This document shows positions 13,101 through 23,785 of a stretch of 64,000 nucleotides of DNA, in pieces; within the stretch, counting starts at the first letter, position 1, and each line of letters starts with the position of its first letter. Source of the stretch: Guillardia theta CCMP2712. Its lineage: Eukaryota > Protista > Cryptophyta. The notes under the pieces were generated by a model. The model had not been told where the DNA came from. It ran no database searches and worked only from the letters and a program-made list of their open reading frames with translations. The stretch spans positions 511,113-575,112 of the forward strand of contig NW_005434641.1 in the NCBI RefSeq assembly GCF_000315625.1, in the 5' to 3' direction. A program made the translations under genes and the position numbers.

Positions 13101-15634
13101 GCGAGATCCAGCTCTACCGCTTCCCCTGCCTGCAGCACAGCAAGTGCAGCAGCGTCAAGTGCAGCAACGAGATCGCCTCCTGCATCAGGTTCGCTGCTCA
13201 TGGTCAGTTCGCCTTGGCCTCTTTCCGGAACTCCCGCACCATCGCCCGGTTCCGCAAAGTTGTCCCGGTCCCAGCAGAGCTGGAGTGCTTCCTGATGCAG
13301 CAGCACGAGAGCAAGGGCTCGTCTGTCCTCCTGGGGGACCCAGGGGATGTGGAGGAGGTAGGGGCAGAGCTCCCAGAGGACAGGAACGTCACTGGCCTGA
13401 CCTCCAAGAGCTTCAACAGCAGCGGCTTCGACGACTTCGACCCGTCGGAGCTGCAGAAAGCAGCTCGAATCACCGAGCTCAAGAGGAAGGGTATCCGGCC
13501 GCTGCACGTGCTGGGGGTCAAGGGCAGGAGGAAGGGCAACAGCGCGCACGTGACGAGCGCGGGAGAAGTGTTTTACAGCTCAGCCAACGTCGGGGTGATC
13601 CAGAGGTCGAAGAAGCAGCTCCTCCTCAATGGCCACGAGGGTCAGGTGGAGGCGGCTGCTGTCTCTGCGGACCGCAAGCTTCTCGCCACCAGCGACGACT
13701 CGCGCACAGGCAAGGTGCTGGTGTGGGAGGCGGCGTCGGCCATGGTCAAGGCAGAGCTCAAGGCGGAGCATGACGGCGGGTGTAGTCTGCTTGCCTTCTG
13801 TCCCCAGAGCAAGTACCTCGTCGGGATAGGAACGGACCTGGATCGCTCCATCTTCATATGGGACCTCCAGTCGAAGTCCCTGGCCGCTGCCTCCCCCGGG
13901 CCCCCGACGTCCATCCTCTCCATGACGTGGCTGGCAGACGGGGATGTGCCCTTCCTGATCACAGCAGGGGACAAGCACGTGAGCTGCTGGGCAGTGCAGG
14001 ACAACTCGCTGTCAAGGGAGGAGCGGGTCCACTCGGTCCTGAACCGAACGATCCTGCAGCCGAGCACGATGAGACAGAGGCTGTCGCTGGTGCCCTCCCG
14101 GTCCTTGTGGAAGGAAGTGACAAGGCAGATGGTCTTCAGCGTCTGCCTGCTGGAGCCGACGGGCCAGGACAAGTTCAACAACTGGATCACCGGGCTGCAG
14201 GACGGAGGAGTGTGTCGGTGGGAGAGGAGGAGGGGCCGGGAGCATGGGGACTCGTGCGTGAGGAGGTACTTCCGCAACCTCCACGATGGCCCTGTGACGC
14301 AGCTGGTGAAGTTGAAGCAGCACTTGGCCAGCTGCTCCTGGGATGGGAAGGTCAAACTTTACGAGCCCTCGTCCTTCCTCAAAGACTACTCGGTGGTGAA
14401 GGAGATAAACGTCAACGGGATCATGCAGGGGGTCAAGGGGTACCGCCTGGGAACGTATGTCAAACTGATTGGAATGGACGTGGTTGTCAACGCCGAGCTC
14501 AAGGTCATTCGTTTCTTGTTGAAGACGCATGCGAACGAGGTCTTGGACCTGTCGGCCGATCAGAGCTCGTTTGAGGTGCAGTCCAAGGTGACGGTCACTG
14601 AAGGGCACTCGAGCTCTTCGATCCTCGCCCTGTCCACGCACTCGTGCTTCGATGTGTTCGCTACCGGAGGCGATGATGGAGTGATCAAGCTGTGGGATAT
14701 CGGGACCCGTCAGTGCTTCTGCGCCACGAGCGTGAGGATGGTGGAGGAGGGGCTGGACGGGGCTATTACAAGCCTGTGCTGGCGGGGATCGCTGGCGGGG
14801 AAGCGGCAGGCTGACTTCTCCATCTCGAACATCCAAGGGGACGAGGTAGCTGTTGGCATGAGGACGGGGAGCCTGCTGATCGCGAGGTTCGACTCCGAGC
14901 TTGTCCAGCTGACGCGAGTCGCGCATGTCAAGTTCGACTCGGCCATTTCAGCCGTCAAGTTTGACCCCTCGGGGACGTACGTGGCAGTGGGGCTGCAAGA
15001 CGGTTCGATCCGCCTGGTCCTGTCCGACGGCAAGTACCCTGTGGTAGGTCAGTGCGACGGCCACACTTGCGCTGCCGCCAGCATCGACTGGAGTGAGGAC
15101 GGGGAGTACCTGGCGACTAGCAGCCAGACAGGAGAGCTCTTCTTCTGGGACATGAGGCTCAGGAGCAGCCGACCAACAGGAGGTGTACAGCAGTTCCGTC
15201 ACGTCGACATCCCGATCAAACTCTACAGCAAGCGGTGGGCCTCGTTCACCAGCCTCCTCGGCTGGCCCATGGCAGGTCTCAGCCACCTAGCCGGCCGGGT
15301 GACGTCGGTCGATCGGTATGTGATAGACAGAGACAAGGCTCTTGCGCTCGTTGCCGTCAGTGACAAGTCCGGGAGGGTCAGCGTGTACCCGTACCCGTAC
15401 CCCGAGGACATTCTCTCCTCCGCCAACTCTTACGAGGTCCTGGAGGCGCTTCACTCATCCCCAGTGACGGCCGTGCGCTTCACGAACTCTGGGAGGTATC
15501 TGGTGTCTGTCGGAGGAGACGACCTCTCAATCATGATATGGCAAGTCATGGATATCGGCGAGGATGAAGACAGCTCCAAGCAGCCGCAGTTCAAGAGCAG
15601 CTCCCACCCAGAGGACGAGGAAGACGATCTGTGA
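4348..15634 (+). CDS. EML6: Giant echinoderm microtubule-associated protein-like (EML5/6-type) HELP/WD40 protein with N-terminal coiled coil, ~3400-3500 aa
   Basis: ORFs 4306, 4839, 5461, 6477, 7400 and 12725 are joined by GT-AG introns (e.g. 4741-4793, 5361-5469, ~12568-12701). HELP-like motifs recur (LSLKLVHGYNG, LTLERVHGFLG, LELDYIHGCH, IRPLHVLGVKG) with many WD40 repeats and EML-type endings (LYRFP, HSS.V..VRF, SVGGDD.SIMIW). The symbol denotes family likeness only. Confidence 0.9.
7294..7386 (+). repeat. (CTG)n/(CTC)n microsatellite in an EML intron
   Basis: Seen directly in the sequence. Confidence 0.9.
10024..10122 (+). repeat. (GGAGCA)n hexamer repeat, in frame as (Gly-Ala)n within the EML ORF
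   Basis: Seen directly; the reading frame stays open across it. Confidence 0.9.
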
Positions 15635-15659
15635 ACGGAAGCCTCAACTAGAGGCTGCT

Positions 15660-16080
15660 GGCCCGAGCCACTCAGGCGCGGCCGCTGTCAGTGACAGAGT
15701 AACGCCGGCGTCCGAGCGAAGGATGATCGGCCCGGATCATTTCTGTGACGGTCACCGCCGGAGGCTCAGTGTAAATAGTTAGCACAAGTTCATGTTTTTA
15801 GCCCAGTATAAAATGTTGTCAGTGTTCTATTGACATCCTCAGTAAGCGTCCGGGGGCCCGCGGCCGCCGGGGCGGCGATCACTGCGATCGCCAGACGATT
15901 CCGTGACAACTCGGAGGCCCGGTCCGGTCCGTCCGGCGCCCCCGGGTCATCGGCCGCCGCCCGGCCGGGAGCTAGGCACTGAGATAGCACTGGGCCGGGC
16001 TTGCCACGGCCACTGGCCGCGCTCAGGCCTCAGGCCGGAGCAGTGGCGCGGCCGCGCGGCCGGGTGGTGACGGTTGGGTC
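15660..16080. other. CCGG-dense GC island split by an AT-rich spacer (~15775-15845)
   Basis: Same word composition as 3400-3830 and 27430-28360. Confidence 0.5.
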
Positions 16081-16600
16081 GTAGGGGAGATGTGGGCTCA
16101 AAAATTGAGATAGAAAGAGCTGATAGGTAAAGAAGGGGTCGTTTTGTCCCTTCATTGGAGGGGTACTGGAATGTTAGAGGTAGTTGTAGTAGGGGTAGGG
16201 GTAAGTCGGGTAGCACAGAGTTGCACCCCACCAGGAAAACCCTCCACTAGCTCCTCATGTTTCTAAGTACCCCCATTATTCTGAACAAATTACGCAAAAT
16301 GATACCCCTACTTTATTAACCCCACCTACCCATTTCCGATTTTTCTGTCTCGCACCCCTACTGATCGGGTTATGTACAACTCAATTCTGCCCCACCCTAC
16401 CCCCTAAATCGAACCACGAACTATTGCCAATCACCGACCTCTCACGAGTCGGTACTAGCCTCAGATTACATTACCCCCGGTAGACTGTACCCTACCCACT
16501 ATTTCCCAGCAAAATAACTAGGAAATAGCTACCCTGAACCCCATTAGATAGTATCACCACCCCTTAAGAATTGACACCACCCCAGCATATCCCTTGTGAT
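16080..16600. repeat. GGGTA-rich then TACCC/ACCCC-rich degenerate tract upstream of the RING gene
   Basis: ggggtagggg words run to ~16215, then repeated accccta/taccc words follow. Confidence 0.5.
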
Positions 16601-17054
16601 CGCCAACCCTTCCCGCATCCTCCTCCACCAGTGCGAATTTTATCCCTTCCCTTACAGTCACCGTACCCACGAACTCAGCTGCGCCTCCCTTGCTGCCTTC
16701 ATCGCCTCCACCGTCACCACTGTCTCCTCCTCCTCATCATCATCCTTTTCCTCCTTGCTTCTTCTTGGCATGTTCTGGTCTCTGCTTCGGCCTCGATCCT
16801 CACATGTTCGCTGCTCCTTGCTTTCAAGCTGCTCGGTTACTTTTCGCCTCCTGCCTCCTGCCTCCTGCCTCCTGTCTCACCTGCCTCCTGCCTCCTGCCT
16901 TGTCCTGATTTCAGTTGCGTTTCTCCTTTGTTGTCCGTTCATCCCACTTTATGCCCTTCAAACTCTGTGTCTTCCTCACCATGCTTTGAGATTTTTTTTC
17001 TTTTCTTCTCTGCATCTTTCTCGTCTTAGTTGTTTGTTAGATTCGAAGAAGCCA

Positions 17055-17724
17055 ATGGAGATTTTTGCTGAAGGAGAAGTATTATCCAGAGGTCTAGAAC
17101 AACCGTCAAGCATCCGACCGAAAGAACAAGTACTTCGTTTACAAACGCCGACGCTTCGATGACAAGCCTGCAGCAGACCATCGTTATTGTGGAAGACGAC
17201 GATGTATGCGTGGAAGCGACGGATGATACGGTAGGGATCAGCTTCAGTGGAAGCAGCACTGATTCATTCGACAGCGCAATGCCCGAGATCTATCAAGACG
17301 CGTGAGAAGAAAGAGGAAACGAGGATTGATAGACATCGATGCATTACCGATGGAGCTTGGAAGTTCTCAAGTTGTCGATCTTACCAGCGATGACAACGTC
17401 AGAGCCAACGTAGCAACATCATCGCAGTCTAGTGTTCCGCCCTCCCCTGCTAAGCGAGAGGCGTCGACAGCAGGGGCTTCAGACGGGCCTGTTGTTGACA
17501 AAGACTCGTGTCCGATCTGTATGGAGAAGTTCAAATCTAAGGTTGCGACTAAGTGCGGGCACCTATTCTGTAACAAGTGCATTCGGAAATGGATATCAGA
17601 AGTTCACAGTGGACGGAAGTACGTCTCCTTCACCTGCTTCTTCTCTCAAGCTCACCTTTCCTCTAGGTGTCCTAAGTGTCGAAAGCGCGTCGGTGTGTCG
17701 GACTTGAGGCCAATCTATGAATGA
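17055..17724 (+). CDS. RNF4: RNF4-like SUMO-targeted RING E3 ligase (SIMs plus C-terminal C3HC4 RING)
   Basis: SIM-like IVIVEDDD, LIDID and VVDLTSDD, basic RRKRKR, and RING CPICMEKF..ATKCGHLFCNKCI..|CPKCRK...RPIY at the extreme C-terminus. Three short GT-AG introns. An upstream exon is possible. Confidence 0.8.
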
Positions 17725-17834
17725 ACTTCTTGATTGGAGTTGACGGAAGTTGGTTGATTGTCAGATGACATGTACAGAAGATTCTTCGTTTCTTGGTAGG
17801 CTGCTTCAGTTGTTTCACTGCCATGATGGAGAGG

Positions 17835-18037
17835 ACAAATCAAGTGCTGCTCCATCAAAATCAAGGATGCAAACTTGCTATCATTTGGTATAGCAACGCG
17901 ATCTCTCACCGATCACGCAAGGTCTCACATTCAGGATCATACGCATGAAACAAATCAAGTGCTGCTCCATCAAAATCAAGCATGCAAACTTGCTATCATT
18001 TGGTAGAGCAATGCGATCTCTCGCCAAACACGCAAGG
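17835..18037 (+). repeat. Two ~88-bp direct repeats (17835-17922, 17950-18037)
   Basis: acaaatcaagtgctgctccatcaaaatcaag...cacgcaagg occurs twice with a few substitutions. Confidence 0.9.
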
Positions 18038-19075
18038 AAATGTATATTCGTGTGAGTGATGTCATAAACTGCTCATGAAACGACATGCTTGGTGTTGATT
18101 CAGCAGACGTTCTCCGTTTATTCTTTTTATCCTGCATTACACAGTGATGCCGAAATCAGCTAGAAACAAATGATCTGCGTCGAGAAACTGGGCAAGCGGC
18201 TTGATTTTTTGCAAGAGCGGCCAATCTTTTGAGAATTTCTACTTCCCAACGTACCACATCTCATCGTTATCCTTTCATGTATTTCTCAAGTTCAATTCGT
18301 TGGTTAACATGGACGTTGCGACATTCGCTGCACAAGACAAGGAGAACCCCTTCCCCCTTGGAACCCTGTGCTGCATTGAAAGCTGGTGCTTGGTAAACAA
18401 GCACTTGCTGCAACTGCTATTCCTACTATGGCCAACAGATCCTGAATTCTGCGATTATACAGTGTAGATTACAGAGGAAAGAGTTAACAACGGACATATG
18501 ATGCGATCAGAGCAATGGTGTAGGCTATGATGTGTTTCAATTCGAAGGCATCAGAATGATGATAGCATGTCAAGCAACGATTGCGTCGCAACATCATCTG
18601 TAGAGGAAGACGATGAGGGTTCGAAACAAGCCTTGAGCTTTGAATCGAGAATGGGCTTCACAGTGACTTAGTTCAAGGAAGAAGGTTTTCAAAGTGGTTT
18701 TGTTTATTGCAGTCGTGTCGGCCCTTTGAATTTCATCGCACAAACTAGCAGAGCACAACATGAAGCTCAAAACTCGTGCGAAATTGTCACAAGAATCCGA
18801 GATTCGACTGCACTATCTCTGATACCTCCTCGCACTTGCATTGAGTCAGGGAAATCGCACAATAAAAGGATCTAAACCTAACGACACCCTGACGAGGCTC
18901 TCATTGACAAAAGATTTCACACTTAGAACTAAAACGCTTTCTCATTTGCTCAATGCGTTTCTGAAGATAACGCTGAAGGCAATGCTACGTTCATCAGATC
19001 AACATCACCACGAAACACAGTCATGAAGCTGCCTTCTCCGCGTCCTTCACGTTTCTCGTCTCTGGATAATTCTAA

Positions 19076-19138
19076 TTGAGTCAATTGAGCTAATTGAGCT
19101 GACTGAGCTGACTGAGCTGACTGAGCTGACTGAGCTCA
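19076..19138 (+). repeat. 9-bp tandem repeat (TGAGCTGAC/TGAGCTAAT)
   Basis: Seen directly in the sequence. Confidence 0.8.
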
Positions 19139-19429
19139 GCCATGATGCTCTCTTTCCGCAACAGATAGTTTCCTGGTAATTCAGTGCACACATCTACAAC
19201 TTCTTGCTTCTCGAAATCAAGTCACCCGACAATGTAGGCAAACAAGGTTGCCAACACATTAAAACACCAGGATGTTGCAGGTACATTACGGTGATGGCAG
19301 TTATCTTTGCTAAGGTAGTATACAAGCTTCTCCTTCTCCCCCTCCCCCTCCTCCTCCTTCTCACGCAGCTGCCCATTCCCCTGCCCCTGTTCGTACAGTT
19401 CGCATTTGCTTTTCGAAAACTCTCCTTTT

Positions 19430-20820
19430 GGAGACCTTTAACCCGGAGGCCAAGGGGTCAACCCCTACCTAAATTCATTAAGTGACCCCCTACCCTTTAT
19501 GCTACTTTTGTACCCCCACCCACAAATTTCCAGTCCATTTCTTTGCTTTTCATTGGATTCCGATGTACCCTACCCATGTATTTCCTTTTTGAGACTACCC
19601 ACCCTAGTGGATGGTCGTTTACAAACGACCATATAAAGTTCTCAGAACCATTTTACTACAATGCACCCCTACCCTCAAAGAGCTCCTGCAACTAATTGTG
19701 CCTGATCAAAAGGTGGTAGTTCGAGGTATCTACAAGGGGTACTTTTTCACCCACCCCCTGATATCCTATCCAATTTTTTGAATTTTTGATAAATTTCCCG
19801 AGGCTATAAAAACAATTTTAAAAGAGGCTACCGTCCTGTACCTCCAGCAACGGTTCCGTTCGAGGGTTACCTGCAGGGTAAAGGTAACAATCTTAGACTA
19901 CCGGTACATCTCTGTGTAAAATAACCATAAAGTATATGGTGGGTAGTCACGGATCCTGCCGGTTGCGGGGTGGGGGTGGGGGATCTGATCGTCTGCTCCT
20001 GCTCCTCCATCTCCACCCCCAAACCCCACCTGCTCGTGGACGACCGGACCCCCACCCCCCTAAAAAAGCAGTAAAACGAAACGAATGGAATGGCTTCTTG
20101 AGCACACTACCACCTTTCGTCTGTATCCCTCTTTCTCTACTGCATGACATAGGTTCATATGGAAAATATCCTTTGTCTCTATTAGACTTTTACCTACCTT
20201 GAGCCTTTCAGATTTTCATTCGTCATCCATTCGAGAGTTGGGTCTGTTTTTTTGGTCACACGTGTATGGAATCTCCACCCCACCCCCTTTGCATCCCGTC
20301 GGACAGCACGTCTCAATACCCTACCTCCAATGCACCCTACCCTCGACTTCCTCAATTAAACACCCTTACCCCAATAAAGTCTTCATGTACCCCTGTGTAC
20401 ATATAAGATTTATTATATGAAGAACCCGTATCTTCGACTTTTGTCGACAGGAGCTTTGACCCCCCACCCCCTCCAAAGATCGGACCCCACCCCCAATATA
20501 TGGGTTCTCCGCAAACTCGAAGAAAAACTTCCATCGTGGTTTGACCGGACTGCAGCGTGTACCCCTTTCCACCCCATCCCGCCACTCAAGGCTACCCCAC
20601 CCCTTTCCCTTAAGTCCCTTCCTTTTTCAACTTTAGCAGGGCTTTGTACCTGAACCCCTTCAACTGGAGTTTACCCCATTCCCACTACCCCCATTTCAAA
20701 CTAATTTAGTACCGGTTCAAATACTACCCACCAGGACTAAAAAAGAACCCTACCCCCATAATCTCCATAAGATTTTTGTTGATCCACCCCACCCCCTAAG
20801 TTCCCACCCTTTATATTCCC
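19430..20820. repeat. Long TACCC/ACCCC-rich non-coding tract
   Basis: Dozens of accc(c)ta/taccc words, no credible ORF, and a short G-rich inversion at ~19860-19985. Confidence 0.5.
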
Positions 20821-21253
20821 TTCCTGGTAGCTTCCCGCCCCTCAGCCTCCTCCTCCCTTCCTTCCCGTCCCCTTCTGCTTGGGTGGTTTCGTGCAGGAAC
20901 CCCGCCTACCCTTGCTCCAGCTTTCATCTCTTTCTCTTCCATCCCGAATAATCTCCTCTTCTCAGCAGCCCCTGGCCTTAGTTCTTTGTATGCTTCCCCG
21001 ATCCCAGGAAAACGCACGAGTTCGGATCTTTGTGAGGTTTTCAGAATTTGTTCGTATGCTCAACCACGACTGTTGTCAAGGCTGAGGATTGAACACCTGT
21101 GATAACTTTACCCTGTTGAATATTGGCATCAAAGGAATTCCCAAGGTTGAACCGAGACTGACTGTCGTTTTGAGGAGTTCTGTTAGCTTCGACTACATTT
21201 ACGGAGGGCTTTTCTCTGGTTGATTTTTTTTGAGGCATCCAAGGCAAATCAAG

Positions 21254-22111
21254 ATGAAAGATCGCCTGTTTCTGGATGAACTGGTTGATGGCAGCCCATT
21301 TACACACCCGGAGGTTGCAATTTTGACCCAGTCCCTGCTGCTACTTCTGCAACCCCTTCACGCGAGGCAGCAGTGTCACAAGCAGATTGGCCCTCACACT
21401 CTTTGGATTGAGGCCGATTGCGACGAGAGCGCAAACCTGCACCTTTGCGATCCCGGGGAGTGCCATCCATCCCACCGTCGCTGTGTCTGCCGTCCCCCAG
21501 GAAGCGACGATGAAGATCACGTGTGGAGCACGAGAGATGATGTATGGCAAGTGGGATACACAATGTTGCAGCTGCTGATGGGAAAGACCTGTCATCGCTG
21601 CATTGACACACCGAGATCATTGCTGGCAGACGATGGAGAACTTCCGATTCTTCCCGCTGGGTTGTCACTGGATTGTATTGACTTTCTCATGGACTGCCTC
21701 CATCCTGATCCATCGGAACGTCCTTCAGTGGGAGAGCTTTTGGATCATAGCTTTCTATCCTGCTCAGATGGTGGAATTGATGACGTGATGATTTCGATGA
21801 GCTCGATGCAGCTTCAGAATACAGAAAGAAAACCAGAAGGCCGCTGCAGGCCGCTTGCAGTCAAAGCATTGCGCTCAACGAAGCATGTGAAATTCGTTTC
21901 TCCTTCACATACGGCTCGATGCAGGGAATGTCTCAAATGCGATGTCGATGTGGAAGAATTTCGAAGTAGCAAACTTTGTCTCTGCGCTTGCGACGGTTCG
22001 GATCTGTCGCCGAAGTCAGCTGCTCCTACCAAGCGTCAATCCTCTGGACATAACTGGGACGAACCTGAAGTGCTAAAAAGAATTCGTTTGATGGATCAAA
22101 ATCCAGTCTGA
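21254..22111 (+). CDS. Protein-kinase-like (pseudokinase), C-lobe only, with Cys-rich tail
   Basis: Single exon. LQPLHARQQCHKQIGPHTLW stands for HRDxKPxN, LHLCDPG for DFG, then DDVWQVGYTMLQLLMGK and LSLDCIDFLMDCLHPDPSERPSVGELLDHSFL (subdomains IX-XI). Confidence 0.75.
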   Translation: MKDRLFLDELVDGSPFTHPEVAILTQSLLLLLQPLHARQQCHKQIGPHTLWIEADCDESANLHLCDPGECHPSHRRCVCRPPGSDDEDHVWSTRDDVWQVGYTMLQLLMGKTCHRCIDTPRSLLADDGELPILPAGLSLDCIDFLMDCLHPDPSERPSVGELLDHSFLSCSDGGIDDVMISMSSMQLQNTERKPEGRCRPLAVKALRSTKHVKFVSPSHTARCRECLKCDVDVEEFRSSKLCLCACDGSDLSPKSAAPTKRQSSGHNWDEPEVLKRIRLMDQNPV

Positions 22112-22543
22112 CGGGATTTGCATGCTGGATTGTTATTCGTTGATTGATTTTGGTTTTTTTCCAAGTTTTTCCTGTACTTGTACTTGGGAATCGCAAGCAT
22201 TCCCTAATCTGTATCATTAGCTCATCTTCGATGGAAGTAAATAACTTGACATTGAAACACTTGCGCACTTCTCTTCGAAGTCATCTCACCTCATCTCATT
22301 GTATGTTCTCACATGACGTCAGGGCTCAACTCGAACTTGTTTGCTTCCCAAATCACAAGTTCGTTACTACTTTCGCTTTCAAGCCTCCACTACCCCATTG
22401 ACAGCACCCTACCCTACCTCCTCTCCGTGAAAGTACCCGTCATTTGCTATTGCAACAGCCAGCAAAAACCACCCCTACCCCAAATTAACCTGTAACCTAC
22501 CCCTGACCCCCTGCCACTTTCTCCCATTTCACGGCTAGGAAGG

Positions 22544-23242
22544 ATGACGATGGTTGGAGGGCGGCGTCTTGGTATGGAGACTCATCAGCTCCGGGCATGG
22601 CTATCAGCAGGATTCCCCATGATCTTTCCTCCTCCCAGCCATGGTGAGGACCTTTGCCCGTGCGCGTTCCTTCTTGCTGTCCTCCTTAGGCTAGTAGAAG
22701 CGAACCAACGTGTAGTGGAGAGGCTACTGACATGTGGATGGGTTTGCAGACGAGCAATGGCGACAGCTGGGACTCTGGTCAATGATAGTTGCTGCTGGTG
22801 TTGGAGTGCTGTCGTTCCTTGTAGCACGCCGGAAGAGCTTTGGTACAGCCAAAAGAGATGTATCGATGACCGTGCATGTTGCAGTGAACACAAACTGAAG
22901 CTTTGCTCTCTGACAGGACACAGACCACACAGCGATGAATGGAAAATCGAGCCAGCGTTCCGAGACGAACGAGGGCAGGGATGATGTGTTTGCGCAGGAT
23001 GATAGACCCCAAGAGGAGTTTGACGACGACGAGTGGGAGGTGATGTATTTTCTCTTGACATTGTACAATGATCCATGCTGAGTTTGACATGACAGATCCC
23101 CGCATCTGCAAACTTAGGAGAATCTGATAGACAAAGACATGATGGAGGTAAATTCTCTCCTATGATTCGGAGTTTTTCTGATCCTTGGCATGTGTATTAA
23201 GCAGGATTGACGGCCTCTGTTGTGTTTGTTGACCAACAATGA
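22544..23242 (+). CDS. Small acidic hypothetical protein (multi-exon)
   Basis: A chain of ~50-nt GT-AG introns separates short open exons (e.g. DDVFAQDDRPQEEFDDDEWE, IPASANLGESDRQRHDG, LTASVVFVDQQ*). The start is uncertain. Confidence 0.35.
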
Positions 23243-23785
23243 TTGTTTATTAGCTTCGGCATCAGCTTTGGCATTCAGTTTGCCTTCAAGACACTTCTCA
23301 CACTGATGACGCCTTTCTTTGCGACATCAGATGCATGTCTTTTCTCCTTCTTTTCTCCTGTTTGTCATGAGATGTATAGCTACGGTACCATCGAGTTTGC
23401 GGCATTTTAAGCCTGTGTTTGAAAATGATTTCTGAGGAACAATGAGGTCCGGTGTTGTCTTGTGTTCATGCTACACACATGCGGGTCATGCCATATCGTA
23501 GCTCTCACCTTTCCTTCACCAGTTTGCGGATACCAACTGTCAATTCAGGTTTCACTGACGGACCCAACTCAGTCGGTCAGGGAACATGTGACCCGCTCTC
23601 GGCACCAGGATCGGGCCGATGGCAAGTTAGAGTCAAAGTCGTCAGGTTTTCTTTCAGTCATTTACTCGGGCAAGTCAAAGGCTCATAGTAGTCAGTCACT
23701 AGGCCCGAGGGGCCGCGTTGTAGCCTTCCAGGGTCACACATGCCCGCCTGTGGCGCTCGAGCGACTGACGGGAATCGTTGGGGAG

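Noticed and set aside
5700-15426. Many antisense and alternative-frame ORFs over the EML gene (also over the kinase and channel genes)
   Set aside because: Shadow ORFs caused by high GC3 in the real coding frame.
17835-18037. CRISPR-like repeat-spacer-repeat
   Set aside because: Only two copies, the 88-bp repeat is far too long, the context is eukaryotic and there are no cas genes.
18100-19420. Possible additional gene(s) between the RING gene and the TACCC tract
   Set aside because: Short frames and some splice-like signals on the - strand, but no consistent model or recognisable motif could be built.
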